53,226 nt of DNA, from assembly GCA_017992255.1 (NCBI GenBank), contig JAGOPB010000001.1, positions 1 through 53,226 of the forward strand, in the 5' to 3' direction. Source of the DNA: Minisyncoccota bacterium (lineage in GTDB: Bacteria > Patescibacteriota > Minisyncoccia > Phycocordibacterales > UBA9973). A program made the position numbers and the translations under genes. A model generated the notes under the pieces. It saw only the letters and a program-made list of their open reading frames with translations. It was not told where the DNA came from and searched no databases. Shown here in pieces: positions 1 to 8,889 of this stretch (the stretch's first letter is position 1; the number at the start of each line of letters is the position of its first letter).

Positions 1-181
1 ATGAGTGTTCATTTTGTGTAATGAGCTATATTACGTTGTCTTTTATTTAGTGTTAAACCAATACATACTGTTAACAAATCTATTTGAACAATAGATTTTG
101 TCCTTTTATCTACTATAGGTAATAGTTTTCATTTGGATATTGAAAACACAAAACATACACATATCTTTAGTTTCTTCTATA

Positions 182-2113
182 TTATTTAGCTCCAGAATCA
201 GGTTCAGTTTCTTCACCTGTTTCTGCATCGTGAACTTTTCCTTCTGTTACACTTTCATCACCTGATGTCGTTGTATCTTCGTTAGGGGTTTCATTTTTAT
301 CCATTTCAGAACTAGCCTTTGCCATTGCTTCACCAATTTTTGACATTTCGTTTGAAAGCTCGGTTGTCGCGGTTTTTATTGCCTCGACATCGTCTTTTCC
401 TTTCACTTCACGAAGTATAGCGATTTTTTCATTAACTGGGTTTTTTATTTCATCACCTATTGTATCACCTGCGTCTGTTATTGCTTTTTCAGCTGTATAC
501 AAAGTCATTTCGGCGGTATTTTTTATTTCTGCAAGTTCTTTTTTCTTCATGTCTTCGTCGGCATGCGATTCAGCGTCTGCTTGCATTTTCTTGATATCAT
601 CCTCCGTCAATCCTGACGACGCTTCTATACGGATTGATTGTTCTTTACCCGACGTTTTATCTTTTGCTTTTACTGACAAAATACCGTTTGAGTCAACATC
701 AAATGACACTTCCACTTGAGGTATACCCCGCGGTGCCGGTGGCACGCCGTCAAGAATAAACCGCCCTAAGGATTTGTTGTCGGTTGCCATAGGACGCTCA
801 CCTTGCACAATGTGAATTTCTACAGAAGTTTGATTATCAGCTGCGGTAGAAAATATTTGTGATTTTGTTGATGGTATAGTAGTATTTCGTTCTATCAATT
901 TTGTAGCAACCCCTCCAAGAGTCTCAATGCCCAGAGAAAGAGGTATCACATCCAACAGAAGTATATCTCGTACTTCTCCTTTCAACACTCCTCCTTGTAC
1001 AGCAGCGCCGAGAGCTACCACTTCATCTGGATTTATAGTTCTATTTGGCTCCTTTCCAAAAAATGTTTTAACTGCTTCTACAATTGCCGGCATGCGTGTT
1101 TGACCTCCCACCATGATTATTTCCTTTATATCTTCTTTTTTGAAAGGTGAAGCTTCAACGGCTCGTTTTGTGATTTCAATAGAGCGATCAATGTATTCTT
1201 TTGCAAGAGATTCAAGGGTCGCTCTTTTCATTTTAATCAGTAAATGTTTTGGTCCATCAGCATCACTCGTAATAAACGGTATATTGATTTCAGTTTCAGT
1301 AACTGTAGAAAGTTCGTGTTTTGCCTTTTCAGCTGCCTCATCAAGACGCTGGAGTGCGAGCGCATCTTTGGTTACATCGATTCCAGATTCTTTTTTATAT
1401 TCCGAAGCAATCCAATCAATTATTTTATGGTCTATATCTCTTCCCCCCATGTGGGAATCCCCATCAGTAGATTTTACTTCAATAACATCATTTCCCACTT
1501 CTAACACTGAAACATCAAATGTACCACCTCCAAAGTCATACACAACTATTTTTTCATCCTTTCGTGTATTGAATCCATACGCAAGTGCCGCTGCTGTTGG
1601 TTCATTGATAATACGCTTTACATCTAGTCCCGCAATAGCTCCGGCATCTTTAGTCGCTTGCCGTTGCGCATCGTTAAAGTATGCAGGAACTGTGATAACA
1701 GCCTCTGAAACCGCTTCACCGATTTTTGCTTCTACATCTGACTTAATCTTTGCAAGTATCATAGAAGACATTTCCTCTGGACGATACGATTTATCTCCCA
1801 TTTGGATTTGGACACCATCGTTTGCACCTTTTTCAATCTTGAAAGAAGCGACTTTTTTATCTTTTTGTACCTCTGGATCATCATATCTGTGACCCATATA
1901 TCGCTTTATTCCGTATACCGTATTGACCGGATTTGTAACAGCTTGACGCTTTGCAAGCATACCTACGAGACGATCTCCTGTTTTAGACACAGCGACAATC
2001 GAAGGTGTTGTTCGGCCACCTTCTATATTTTCTATTATTTTTGGCTGTCCACCTTCTATGATTGAGACAGCTGAGTTTGTTGTACCTAAATCGATTCCAA
2101 TTATTTTTGACAT
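182..2113 (-). CDS. dnaK: Molecular chaperone DnaK (Hsp70)
   Basis: 643-aa ORF with [19 protein letters not shown] and a C-terminal substrate-binding/lid region typical of Hsp70. Confidence 0.97.
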   Translation of the reverse strand: MSKIIGIDLGTTNSAVSIIEGGQPKIIENIEGGRTTPSIVAVSKTGDRLVGMLAKRQAVTNPVNTVYGIKRYMGHRYDDPEVQKDKKVASFKIEKGANDGVQIQMGDKSYRPEEMSSMILAKIKSDVEAKIGEAVSEAVITVPAYFNDAQRQATKDAGAIAGLDVKRIINEPTAAALAYGFNTRKDEKIVVYDFGGGTFDVSVLEVGNDVIEVKSTDGDSHMGGRDIDHKIIDWIASEYKKESGIDVTKDALALQRLDEAAEKAKHELSTVTETEINIPFITSDADGPKHLLIKMKRATLESLAKEYIDRSIEITKRAVEASPFKKEDIKEIIMVGGQTRMPAIVEAVKTFFGKEPNRTINPDEVVALGAAVQGGVLKGEVRDILLLDVIPLSLGIETLGGVATKLIERNTTIPSTKSQIFSTAADNQTSVEIHIVQGERPMATDNKSLGRFILDGVPPAPRGIPQVEVSFDVDSNGILSVKAKDKTSGKEQSIRIEASSGLTEDDIKKMQADAESHADEDMKKKELAEIKNTAEMTLYTAEKAITDAGDTIGDEIKNPVNEKIAILREVKGKDDVEAIKTATTELSNEMSKIGEAMAKASSEMDKNETPNEDTTTSGDESVTEGKVHDAETGEETEPDSGAK

Positions 2114-2162
2114 ATGTATATATATATTAAATGATAATATTCCTTATAACTTTATAACTTCA

Positions 2163-2432
2163 CTAACTAGTATCAAGGTCTGAAGCTTGAAGTGGACTTC
2201 GTATTGAAGGAACTGTACTGTCTATCTTTCCAAATTCTTCTTCATATTTATCTATTTGTTGTGAAAAAAACATTGCTATATTTTTTGCAATTTGTGGTGT
2301 TGTAGCATACGGTTCTAAACTACTCCCTGATGTTATGCAAAACATAATTGCATCTTTATTAAATGCTCCTAGTGCTCCGTCACAAAACTTTTTTGGTAGT
2401 TGATTAAAATCTATATTCTTTGGGTCTACCAT
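2163..2432 (-). CDS. Small conserved protein, DUF3467-like
   Basis: 89-aa ATG ORF 50 nt upstream of dnaK on the same strand. The C-terminal block PQIAKNIAMFFSQQIDKYEEEFGKI resembles DUF3467-family proteins (recalled, not searched). Confidence 0.5.
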   Translation of the reverse strand: MVDPKNIDFNQLPKKFCDGALGAFNKDAIMFCITSGSSLEPYATTPQIAKNIAMFFSQQIDKYEEEFGKIDSTVPSIRSPLQASDLDTS

Positions 2433-2528
2433 AGTTATTCCTATTTAATAGTAAATATAAGACTTTTACAGTTTTTTCACGACCATGAAATACTTGTATA
2501 AATGTAGTATACATGATATCCTTTTAAC

Positions 2529-3071
2529 ATGTCAAGCAAAAAATACCTCTCAAAATCAATAGTAACGCATTTAGACAAGAAAAAAGTAATTCGTCAAGAT
2601 GAACTCAAAGCGCTGCTTGCTGATTTTAGCGAAAAAGAAAGAAAAACCAATAATTCAGAGTATGCTGTTACAAGAGCAATTAAAAATTTAAAGAAAATGG
2701 AGCTTATAGAAGAATACCATTCTGGACAAAACAATTATTTGCGTTTATCAAGTACGGGGAGAGTAAAAGCAAATAGTTATAAAATGAAAGGAGGTACCAC
2801 TCTAATGACTTCATCGTGGGATGGTAAGTGGAGGATTATATTATTAGATTTACCAGAAAAAAGAAAAACTGAAAGAGATAGTCTGCGGTATTTATTAAAA
2901 AAAGCAGGGTTTGTTTGTTTGAAAAACTCAGCATGGATTTCACCATATCCATTTGAGTTCATGTTTGAGAATATAAAAAATGATCTTCATCTTTCAAATG
3001 AACTTATAATTATAGTTACTGATTATGTTGACGAATCCACAAAAAGATTTCTCCAAAAACAGTTTCTTTAG
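2529..3071 (+). CDS. PaaX-like / Cas2-fold transcriptional regulator family protein
   Basis: 180-aa ORF with an N-terminal winged-helix-like segment. It also carries the hallmark block WDGKWRIILLDLPEKRKTERDSLRYLLKKAGFVCLKNSAWISPYP. Confidence 0.55.
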   Translation: MSSKKYLSKSIVTHLDKKKVIRQDELKALLADFSEKERKTNNSEYAVTRAIKNLKKMELIEEYHSGQNNYLRLSSTGRVKANSYKMKGGTTLMTSSWDGKWRIILLDLPEKRKTERDSLRYLLKKAGFVCLKNSAWISPYPFEFMFENIKNDLHLSNELIIIVTDYVDESTKRFLQKQFL

Positions 3072-3112
3072 AAAATTACTTCAGTCTAATTTTAAGAAAT
3101 AACAAAAATTTT

Positions 3113-3727
3113 TTAGACAGTATCACTTTTTTGAACACTGAAGACTTTGACACGTGCTGGACGCAAAATTTTATTTCCTAATTTATAACCTTTTTGTACG
3201 ATAGTTGAGATTGTATTATCTTTTTCCTTTTCATCCACTTCTTCTAGTCCGAAACATTCTTGTTCATTCGGATCAAATACACTTCCTATACTAGGTGTCA
3301 GTACAGTTACACCTGCGGTCTCTAATGCCGTTGTAATCTGTGAACGTATGTATTCTACTCCAACTCTCCAGTTCGCATCTACTTTTTCCCATACCTCTTT
3401 GTTTGCAATTGCCATATCGAAACTATCCAACGCAGGTAAAATATATTCTACAATAGCTTCTTTTCCTTTTATTTCAGCTCTAGAAAGACGTTGTGTCTCC
3501 TCACGTCTGTAATTAGCAAATTCAGCTCTTTCTCGTTGCCAATTGTCGAGATATTCGTCTTTTTCTTTTTTTGCATCTTTTGTGTCTTTGCGTAGCTTTT
3601 TGAGCGTTGCCTTCAAATCTTCTTCACCGTCTTCGTTGTAGACAAATTCAACAATATCCTCTTCTTCTGGTGCAATTTGCGTTTTTTCTATATCTATATT
3701 ATTATTTTCATCGTTTTCTTCTTTCAT
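3113..3727 (-). CDS. grpE: Nucleotide exchange factor GrpE
   Basis: 204-aa ORF with an acidic N-terminus, a long coiled coil (YLDNWQRERAEFANYRRE) and a C-terminal beta domain (GYKLGNKILRPARV). Confidence 0.9.
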   Translation of the reverse strand: MKEENDENNNIDIEKTQIAPEEEDIVEFVYNEDGEEDLKATLKKLRKDTKDAKKEKDEYLDNWQRERAEFANYRREETQRLSRAEIKGKEAIVEYILPALDSFDMAIANKEVWEKVDANWRVGVEYIRSQITTALETAGVTVLTPSIGSVFDPNEQECFGLEEVDEKEKDNTISTIVQKGYKLGNKILRPARVKVFSVQKSDTV

Positions 3728-3746
3728 GTTAGATATTATACCGTGT

Positions 3747-3782
3747 AAAAAATAAAAAACAACCGGATCGAAGTTATCCGGT
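3747..3782 (-). terminator. Rho-independent terminator upstream of grpE
   Basis: Stem ACCGGAT (3762-3768) pairs with ATCCGGT (3776-3782) around a 7-nt loop. On the minus strand the hairpin is followed by TTTTTTATTTTTT. Confidence 0.6.
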
Positions 3783-3803
3783 GTTATATGTAGTCCAACT
3801 ACT

Positions 3804-4013
3804 TTAAGTGCTTTGACTACATAGAAATTTATGTAGTTCGTCCATTCTTTTATAATGCTTTTTTAAGCATATTCTGGTCTGCTCCATCAATGAAATCCGT
3901 TCTTCTTCAATTTTTTTTTCATAGATTTCGTTTATGGAGCTTTTAGAAATTTCATTAAGATAGGTGATTCTTGTTTCATATATCTTAATTTTTTTTTGCA
4001 AATGATTTTGCAA
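3804..4013 (-). CDS. Hypothetical coiled-coil protein fragment, possibly the 3' half of a frameshifted gene
   Basis: 69 codons beginning at TTG. The same frame stays open upstream to 4133 without any ATG, GTG or TTG, and there it encodes a TM-like segment FISFFIIAESIVFLLGIFVTV. Confidence 0.3.
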   Translation of the reverse strand: MQNHLQKKIKIYETRITYLNEISKSSINEIYEKKIEEERISLMEQTRICLKKHYKRMDELHKFLCSQST

Positions 4014-4048
4014 AGATATTGCACCTGATTTAACGGTTACAAATATAC

Positions 4049-4258
4049 CTAAGAGAAAGACAATTGACTCAGCAATAATAAAAAAACTAATAAAATTTTT
4101 ACTACTTCCATCGGCGAGAACTGTTGTTCCACACTAAAATAAAAAATTTTAGCGTATAGCCAAAGTAAAGTAATCCATACTATAAATAGTACTGTAGTTT
4201 TTCGTGTGGCTAGAGTCACTCCCGACCAATACCACAACAGAATGTTAATCTTTTTCAT
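4049..4258 (-). CDS. Hypothetical small membrane protein, possibly the 5' half of a frameshifted gene
   Basis: The ORF-track start at 4303 is TTG. The first ATG (MKKINILLWYW...) is at 4258. Two or three hydrophobic segments are present. Confidence 0.3.
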   Translation of the reverse strand: MKKINILLWYWSGVTLATRKTTVLFIVWITLLWLYAKIFYFSVEQQFSPMEVVKILLVFLLLLSQLSFS

Positions 4259-4318
4259 AGAACGGTTTTTTATATACAATACTATATTTTGTACATAAGT
4301 CAATCTTCTCTATGAAAA

Positions 4319-4963
4319 CTATTTCTGAACTGTCTTTTCATTTACATTGAGTACAATAAACGTGATGATACTTGACACCACGATACCTATGACATTTACC
4401 GTAAATACACTAGCTGCAAAACGCATGAATGCAAAATCTAATAACGCGATACCAACACCTATAGCAGCTAAAGGTGGAACCAATGAAACAGCTATAGCGA
4501 CGCCAATATATGAACTTGAAACTTGAGGGTGAAGCATACCATAGGTGGCGATAAAACCGGAAAATCCTGCAACAAGAATTGAAAGAAAAAGATCGTAATT
4601 GAAACTAACCAACGTACGTACGGCAACTCCTTGAAAACCAAATAAAAAAGTAATAATAATTGACACAATAAGCGCGTAAAATATTGACTTACCAAATACT
4701 TTCAAAGAATTGTGCATTATATCTTTTGAACCAACAGTGACAGCCAGAGAAAGCCCGAGTATTGGATAGAGCAACGGAGCAATAATCATACTAGCAATAA
4801 GAACAGGTATTGAATCAAGTAATATTCCGCAGGTAGCCAGACCTACTGATACAATAATCATTACAAAATAGTGAGTATCAAGGTTTGTCTTTGAACGAAT
4901 TGTTTCAACTAGCTTGATTTTATCTTCGTGGGTGATTCCGCGAGCAATACCAAATAATTTCAT
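4319..4963 (-). CDS. DUF389-like integral membrane protein
   Basis: 214 aa with multiple TM segments. LDSIPVLIASMIIAPLLYPILGLSLAV resembles the DUF389/TIGR00341 hydrophobic domain. Confidence 0.55.
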   Translation of the reverse strand: MKLFGIARGITHEDKIKLVETIRSKTNLDTHYFVMIIVSVGLATCGILLDSIPVLIASMIIAPLLYPILGLSLAVTVGSKDIMHNSLKVFGKSIFYALIVSIIITFLFGFQGVAVRTLVSFNYDLFLSILVAGFSGFIATYGMLHPQVSSSYIGVAIAVSLVPPLAAIGVGIALLDFAFMRFAASVFTVNVIGIVVSSIITFIVLNVNEKTVQK

Positions 4964-4986
4964 GGTAGAAGTATATCAGATAATCT

Positions 4987-5020
4987 AAAAAATACACACC
5001 TGTACTGGTGTGTATTTTTT
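4987..5020 (-). terminator. Rho-independent (bidirectional) terminator after rpsI
   Basis: A6 tract, then ATACACACC (4992-5000), loop TGTACT, GGTGTGTAT (5007-5015), then a T6 tract. It lies 5 nt downstream of the rpsI stop. Confidence 0.75.
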
Positions 5021-5024
5021 AGAT

Positions 5025-5429
5025 TTAACGTTTAGACCATTGTGGAGATTTTCGAGCTTTTTTGAGTCCGAATTTTCTTCGTTCTTTTGCACGAGCGTCT
5101 CGCTTGAGTAATCCCGCTTTTTTAAGAAGTGGTCTCATTTCAGCGTTTTCTTCTACAAATGCCCTGGAGATACCATGTCGTACAGCTTCAGCTTGAGAAT
5201 GAATGCCTCCTCCGGACACACGAACTGTTATCGTATACTTCCCTTCAATTTTACCTTTTGAAAAAGCTTCATCTATAATAGATACCAATCTTTCTGTTTT
5301 GAAATATTCTTTTGCACTTTTACCGTTAACGTCTATATCGTTTTTAGCGGATGGGGTTACTCGCACTCGAGCAGATGAAGTCTTTCGTCTTCCTATCGTT
5401 TCTATGTATTTTTGATCTGATTTTGCCAT
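5025..5429 (-). CDS. rpsI: 30S ribosomal protein S9
   Basis: 134 aa with the typical S9 C-terminal tail ...RRKFGLKKARKSPQWSKR. Confidence 0.95.
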   Translation of the reverse strand: MAKSDQKYIETIGRRKTSSARVRVTPSAKNDIDVNGKSAKEYFKTERLVSIIDEAFSKGKIEGKYTITVRVSGGGIHSQAEAVRHGISRAFVEENAEMRPLLKKAGLLKRDARAKERRKFGLKKARKSPQWSKR

Positions 5430-5434
5430 AGTAA

Positions 5435-5779
5435 TTATTCTGTTATGATAAGATTTTTCATAAGGATTGGACGCAATTTGTTTGCTGGAAGCATACCCTT
5501 TACAGCATGTTTAATAAGTTCAGCATATCCTTTCTTCTCAATAACCTTTGCAAGAGGCGTTTCAGTTTTTCCACCGGGATATCCACTATAACGAATGTGT
5601 TTTACCGTACGAGCTTTTTTTTGAGTGACAGTCATACCGCTAGCATTTATAATGGTAACAACGATATCGTCTTTTTTGTTTCGTTGAAAAGTAGGTGACA
5701 TTTTACCATTCAAATACATAGCAGCTTCAGTCGCTACTCTTCCAATTGCTTTTCCTTTTGCGTCTATTTTATGTTGCAT
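5435..5779 (-). CDS. rplM: 50S ribosomal protein L13
   Basis: AKGKAIGRVATEAAMYLNGKMSPTF and GMLP motifs of L13. I prefer the start at MQHKIDAKG (5779). The ORF-track start at 5800 would overlap rplQ by 8 nt. Confidence 0.9.
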   Translation of the reverse strand: MQHKIDAKGKAIGRVATEAAMYLNGKMSPTFQRNKKDDIVVTIINASGMTVTQKKARTVKHIRYSGYPGGKTETPLAKVIEKKGYAELIKHAVKGMLPANKLRPILMKNLIITE

Positions 5780-5792
5780 GACTATTGATATA

Positions 5793-6149
5793 TTATACAA
5801 ATTCTATTATTGCCATAGAAGCTCCGTCCGCTAATCGTGGGGGAAGTTTCATAACACGAGTATACCCTCCTGCACGCTCCATGTATCGAGGTGCAATATC
5901 AGCTATAAGTTTCTTTGCGGCGTCGTTCTTGTTTCTTAGTTCTGCTATAAGTTCTCGTCTTACAGCTATCTCTGTACCTCTTTTCGCTTTTGTTACCATT
6001 TTCTCTACATAAGGACGAAGTGCTTTTGCTTTTACCACTGTAGTAGTTATCCGTTCTTTCATAATAAGGTTGCGCGCTAAAGATTGCATGAGTGCTACTC
6101 GCTGATTCTTTTCTCTTCCGAATTTTTTAACGTTGTTGTGATGTCTCAT
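5793..6149 (-). CDS. rplQ: 50S ribosomal protein L17
   Basis: 118 aa. MRHHNNVKKFGREKNQRVALMQSLARNLI is the typical L17 N-terminus. Confidence 0.95.
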   Translation of the reverse strand: MRHHNNVKKFGREKNQRVALMQSLARNLIMKERITTTVVKAKALRPYVEKMVTKAKRGTEIAVRRELIAELRNKNDAAKKLIADIAPRYMERAGGYTRVMKLPPRLADGASMAIIEFV

Positions 6150-6191
6150 AATCTTTATATAGTGTAAAACGTGATGATTCTATCAGAAAAT

Positions 6192-7166
6192 CTATTTCAG
6201 CACAATACCATACTCATTAATAATCTTTTTAATCTCACTAATTCCTTTTTCACCCATTCCTTCCAATTCCAACAAATCCTCTTCTTTTTTTCTCGCTAAT
6301 CCTCCGAGAGTTCTAATTCCAGCATTTACTAATGCGTTTAGTGTTCTACTTGAAAAATCAAGTGTATCTATTCTTGTTTTCATGGTATCTACCATATCGT
6401 TTTCGTTTCCATCTTTTTTCTCCTGTGCTACCACATCTTCTTTGGCTCCCTCAACTGATGATTGCAATATTCGTTGAGTACTTGTTTCGAGCATTGCATC
6501 GAGTTGGTCAATCATAATACGTATTGATGTGTCTAGAGCTTCACGAGCAGTAATAGAACCGTCAGTTTCGATTGTAATTCGAAGTCTGTTGTGGTTTGTA
6601 CGATCACCAACACGCATATTCTCAACATCATAGGAAACTCTTCGCACAGGTGTAAACACAGCGTCTAACGCTATAGTTCCTATGTCTACCTTATCTCGGT
6701 GGTGTTCATCACGAGAGACGAAACCTAAACCACTTTCTATGGTTATTTCCATAGAAAAGTCTTTCTTTCCTGTTATTTCACAAATATATTCATTTTTATT
6801 TATGACTTCTACTTGTCCAGTAGCTGAAATATCGTTTGCTGTTACGACTTTTGGACCTTTCACTGAGAGTGTTAATGTCTCTTTTTGTGTTCCTGTCATT
6901 AAAAAACGTACTCTTCGTAGATTTAAAATGAGCGTAATGATGTCCTCTTTTATTCCTTCTATGGTTGCAAATTCATGAGAAACTCCATCTATTTTCACAG
7001 AAGTGATAGCAAATCCAGGTAATGATGAAAGTATAATTCGTCGTAGTGAATTTCCAAGAGTATGTCCATACCCTGGATATAGATTGTCTATCTCGAAAAC
7101 ACCTTTATTTTCAGTCTCAGATACTGTTCGTGGTTTTGATGGTAAAAGAATAGTGTTGTCTAACAT
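6192..7166 (-). CDS. rpoA: DNA-directed RNA polymerase subunit alpha
   Basis: 324 aa with an N-terminal assembly domain (GHTLGNSLRRILLSS-like) and a C-terminal domain with an HhH motif (LDFSSRTLNALVNAGIRTLGGL). Confidence 0.95.
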   Translation of the reverse strand: MLDNTILLPSKPRTVSETENKGVFEIDNLYPGYGHTLGNSLRRIILSSLPGFAITSVKIDGVSHEFATIEGIKEDIITLILNLRRVRFLMTGTQKETLTLSVKGPKVVTANDISATGQVEVINKNEYICEITGKKDFSMEITIESGLGFVSRDEHHRDKVDIGTIALDAVFTPVRRVSYDVENMRVGDRTNHNRLRITIETDGSITAREALDTSIRIMIDQLDAMLETSTQRILQSSVEGAKEDVVAQEKKDGNENDMVDTMKTRIDTLDFSSRTLNALVNAGIRTLGGLARKKEEDLLELEGMGEKGISEIKKIINEYGIVLK

Positions 7167-7196
7167 ATAATATAATCAAAAAAGTAATTAATAAAT

Positions 7197-7805
7197 TTAA
7201 CGGCTGTAGAATTCAAGCACAGTTTCAATATTAAAAGGTGTTTCCACCAGTATAGGTTTACTAACCACGGTTCCTTTTATTTGATTAGCGTCCATAGAAA
7301 GCCATTTTGGAATAATAGAATCTTTAGTTCTTTCAGCTAAATTTTGAAAAAGTACACTTCCTTTACTTCCTTCGCGTATGGTTATGATATCTCCTGGATT
7401 GGTGTGATATGAAGGAACCATAGTTCGCTTACCATTGATGAGAATGTGTCCGTGAGAACAAAGTTGTCGTGCTTTTGCTCGTGTATTTGCAATACTAAGT
7501 CGATATACAACATTGTCAAGTCGCGCTTCAAGTTTTTCATATAGCACAGCTTGAGTACTCGCTCCTTTTGTAGCCAGTGCCTCGTTCACGTATTTTGTCA
7601 GCTGACCTGCTGTAATACCATAGGAGTATCGTATCTTTTGTTTTTCGAGCAATTGCTGTCCGTAATCGGACAATTGTTTTGGTTTCGACATGGATCGTTT
7701 GCGACCTTTTTTTCCCTCAGATATAGCAAACTTCTGTGTTTGAGTTTTCTCATACACAGCTGCTCCTAGTCGTCGGCCTATTTTATATTTTGGTTTAGAA
7801 ATCAT
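7197..7805 (-). CDS. rpsD: 30S ribosomal protein S4
   Basis: 202 aa with an S4 RNA-binding domain (RLDNVVYRLSIANTRAKARQLCSHGHILINGKR). Confidence 0.95.
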   Translation of the reverse strand: MISKPKYKIGRRLGAAVYEKTQTQKFAISEGKKGRKRSMSKPKQLSDYGQQLLEKQKIRYSYGITAGQLTKYVNEALATKGASTQAVLYEKLEARLDNVVYRLSIANTRAKARQLCSHGHILINGKRTMVPSYHTNPGDIITIREGSKGSVLFQNLAERTKDSIIPKWLSMDANQIKGTVVSKPILVETPFNIETVLEFYSR

Positions 7806-7851
7806 AACTCAATCGAAAATTTAAATATATAATATTTGATAATAGTAGTAA

Positions 7852-8280
7852 TTAGACACGTCTTGCCTTTTTAGCTTTTGGTCCATTGTGAGGAATTGGT
7901 GTTTCATCTCGTATTCCAGTCAACTCATATCCTTTTGCAATGAATGATCGTATAACAGGCTCTCGTCCGCTCCCGACACCTCGTATAACAGCGTCAACTT
8001 CTTTCAAACCCATTGCTTCAGCCTTTTCTGCGAGAGTATCACCTACTTTTGATGCAGCAAATGGCGTGCCTTTTTTTGCTCCTCTAAAGCCGAGAGAACC
8101 AGCGGATGACCATATCAGTGCATTTCCACTCTTGTCTGTTAAAACAGCTTTAGTGTTGTTGAAGGTTGCTTCAATGTAAATCGTTCCTGCCACAACCTTC
8201 TTTTTAGATACTTTTGCAGACGTCTTGGAAGAACCTTTTTCATTTGTACTATTTTTTTTTACTATTCTTACTTTTCCCAT
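7852..8280 (-). CDS. rpsK: 30S ribosomal protein S11
   Basis: 142 aa. GTIYIEATFNNTKAVLTD and the tail TPIPHNGPKAKKARRV are typical of S11. Confidence 0.95.
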   Translation of the reverse strand: MGKVRIVKKNSTNEKGSSKTSAKVSKKKVVAGTIYIEATFNNTKAVLTDKSGNALIWSSAGSLGFRGAKKGTPFAASKVGDTLAEKAEAMGLKEVDAVIRGVGSGREPVIRSFIAKGYELTGIRDETPIPHNGPKAKKARRV

Positions 8281-8316
8281 ATGTAAATTGTATTTTGGAT
8301 TATTTAATAACTAGTC

Positions 8317-8697
8317 TTATGTTTTTTCAACCTTTCTTCTTCCACTAGTCATTGTTTTTCTCACGTTTCCTCGTACAGTACGCGAGTTTGTTTTTGTTCG
8401 TTGTCCGCGCGCAGGAAGTTTTTTCATGTGACGGATACCTTTATAGTTTTTTATATCCTTCATTCTTTTTATATTTCCAGCTATTTCTCGTTTTAGAGTA
8501 CCTTCCACTTTCATAGCTTCTATTTTTGCACGAATGTCATTTTCTTGCTCAACCGATAAATCAGCAGGTTTCATACCATAAGAGACTTTTGATTCATCTA
8601 ATATTTTTTTTGCTGTTACTCGCCCAACGCCAAATACGGCCGTGAGGCCTATTTCTAATCTTTTTTCATTTGGGATTGTTATTCCTGATACACGCAT
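8317..8697 (-). CDS. rpsM: 30S ribosomal protein S13
   Basis: 126 aa with MRVSGITIPNEKRLEIGLTAVFGVG and a basic C-terminal tail. Confidence 0.95.
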   Translation of the reverse strand: MRVSGITIPNEKRLEIGLTAVFGVGRVTAKKILDESKVSYGMKPADLSVEQENDIRAKIEAMKVEGTLKREIAGNIKRMKDIKNYKGIRHMKKLPARGQRTKTNSRTVRGNVRKTMTSGRRKVEKT

Positions 8698-8724
8698 ATA
8701 TGTTGTCTATTATGTATATAAATA

Positions 8725-8835
8725 TTATTGTTTTTGTTTATGTTTTGGATTATCACAAATAACATAAAGATGTCTATTACGTTTAACCAATTTGCACTTT
8801 GCGCATATTTTTTTAACTGCTGCTTTTATCTTCAT
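8725..8835 (-). CDS. rpmJ: 50S ribosomal protein L36
   Basis: Hand-translated 36-aa ORF that is absent from the ORF track: [36 protein letters not shown]. It has the canonical CxxC...C...H zinc ribbon and the canonical position between infA and rpsM. Confidence 0.93.
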   Translation of the reverse strand: MKIKAAVKKICAKCKLVKRNRHLYVICDNPKHKQKQ

Positions 8836-8889
8836 ATATAATTTACTAAAATATAACTAAACAAATTTTCAATCGTTCAAGGGTGTATA

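Noticed and set aside
76-98. Hairpin AAATCTATT-TGAAC-AATAGATTT downstream of dnaK as a terminator.
   Set aside because: The stem is almost entirely A/T, and there is no T-run on the minus strand where dnaK would need one. The evidence is too weak to call.
1113-1892. 259-codon plus-strand ORF antisense to dnaK.
   Set aside because: It lies entirely inside the well-supported dnaK CDS. Its translation is low-complexity and Ser/Ile/Phe-rich with no motif. Long antisense shadow ORFs are a known property of hsp70 genes.
2433-2528. CIRCE or HrcA operator upstream of the DUF3467-dnaK unit.
   Set aside because: No TTAGCACTC/GAGTGCTAA-type inverted repeat is present. Only short TA-rich palindromes such as GTATAC occur, and those are expected by chance.
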